From the human T2T-CHM13v2.0 reference genome, Homo sapiens, in assembly GCA_009914755.4 (NCBI GenBank), contig CP086569.2, positions 12,704,001-12,768,000 of the forward strand: a stretch of DNA of 64,000 nt, written 5' to 3'. Both the position numbers and the translations under genes were made by a program. The notes under the pieces are model-generated. The model was given only the letters and a program-made list of their open reading frames with translations, was not told the DNA's origin and did not search any database. The first letter of the stretch is position 1. Each line of letters begins with the position of its first letter. Positions 63,098 through 64,000 of this stretch are shown here, piece by piece.

Positions 63098-64000
63098 CTT
63101 TGTGGTTTTATCTACTTTTGGTCCTTGATGATGGTGATGTACAGATGGGTTTTTGGTGTGGATGTCCTTTCTGTTTGTTAGTTTTCCTTCTAACAGACAG
63201 GACCCTCAGCTGCAGGTCTGTTGGAGTACCTGGCAGTGTGAGGTGTCAGTCTGCCCCTGCTAGGGGGTGCCTCCCAGTTAGGCTGCTTGGGGGTTAGGGG
63301 TCAGGGACCCATTTGAGGAGGCAGTCTGCCCATTCTCAGATCTCCAGCTGCATGCTGGGAGAACCACTGCTCTCTTCAAAGGGGTCAGACTGGGACATTT
63401 AAGTCTGCAGAGGTTACTGCTGTCTTTTTGTTTGTCTGTGCCCTGCCCCCAGAGGTGGAGCCTACAGAGGAACACAGGCTTCCTTGAGCTGTGGTGGGCT
63501 CCACCCAGTTGGAGCTTCCCAGCTGCTTTGTTTACCTAAGCAAGCCTGGGCAATGGTGGGCGCCCCTCCCCCAGGCTCGCTGCCACCTTGCAATTTGATC
63601 TCAGACTGCTGTTCTAGCAATCAGTGAGACTCCATGGGCATAGGACACTCCCAGCCATGTGCAGGCTATAATCTCCTGGTGCGCCATTTTTTAAGCCCAT
63701 CGGAAAAGTGCAGTATTCGGATGGGAGTGACCCGATTTTCCAGGTGCCCTCTGTCACCGGTTTCTTTGACTAGGAAAGGGAACTCCCTGACCCCTTGTGC
63801 TTCCTGAGTGAGGCAATGCCTTGCCCTGCTTCAGCTGCCACACAGTGCACACACCCACTGACCTGCGCCCACTGTCTGGCACTCCCTAGTGAGATGAACC
63901 AGGTACCTCAGATGGAAATGCAGAAATCACCGCTCTTCTGTGCCACTTACACAAGGAGCTGTAGACTGGAGCTGTTCCTATTCAGCCATCTTGGCTCCTC

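Overview
Human or closely related primate genomic DNA, very repeat-dense (about half of the 64 kb is recognisable retrotransposon sequence), most likely deep intronic or intergenic. I count about 41 Alu-derived elements, mostly full-length with poly-A tails and target-site duplications. The L1 content is as follows.
- A full-length older L1PA/L1PB on the + strand (47641-55222) with 16-17 bp TSDs, carrying two secondary Alu insertions.
- A young L1PA on the - strand (59505-64000) whose 5'UTR reaches the window end and whose ORF1 is nearly intact.
- A large ancient L1M composite (about 4525-10612) plus smaller L1 fragments.
There are also two clear MaLR (THE1/MST-type) solo LTRs in opposite orientation, two further LTR-like old repeats, and many microsatellites: (TA)n, (CA)n, (AAAG)n, (AAAT)n, (GA)n, (GGAT)n, (AAT)n and a polypyrimidine tract, mostly grown from Alu tails. 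I find no convincing protein-coding gene, no CpG island and nothing resembling a prokaryotic operon, CRISPR array or defence system. Almost every ORF in the supplied six-frame track is a translation artefact of Alu, L1 or simple repeats (for example [15 protein letters not shown] and SQAGVQW are Alu-derived; the 184-aa proline-rich ORFs are L1 5'UTR). The observations worth a second look are structural: a tandemly duplicated Alu-plus-flank array fused by deletion to a 3'-truncated L1, an Alu with an internal tandem duplication, a low-copy 180-bp local duplication, an internal duplication inside an L1M, an Alu inserted into a GATA/GGAT microsatellite, a long (AAAG)n STR, several closely spaced inverted Alu pairs, and two short splice-site-flanked candidate exons of uncertain significance. 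All coordinates of repeat boundaries are by-eye estimates (about +/-5 bp).
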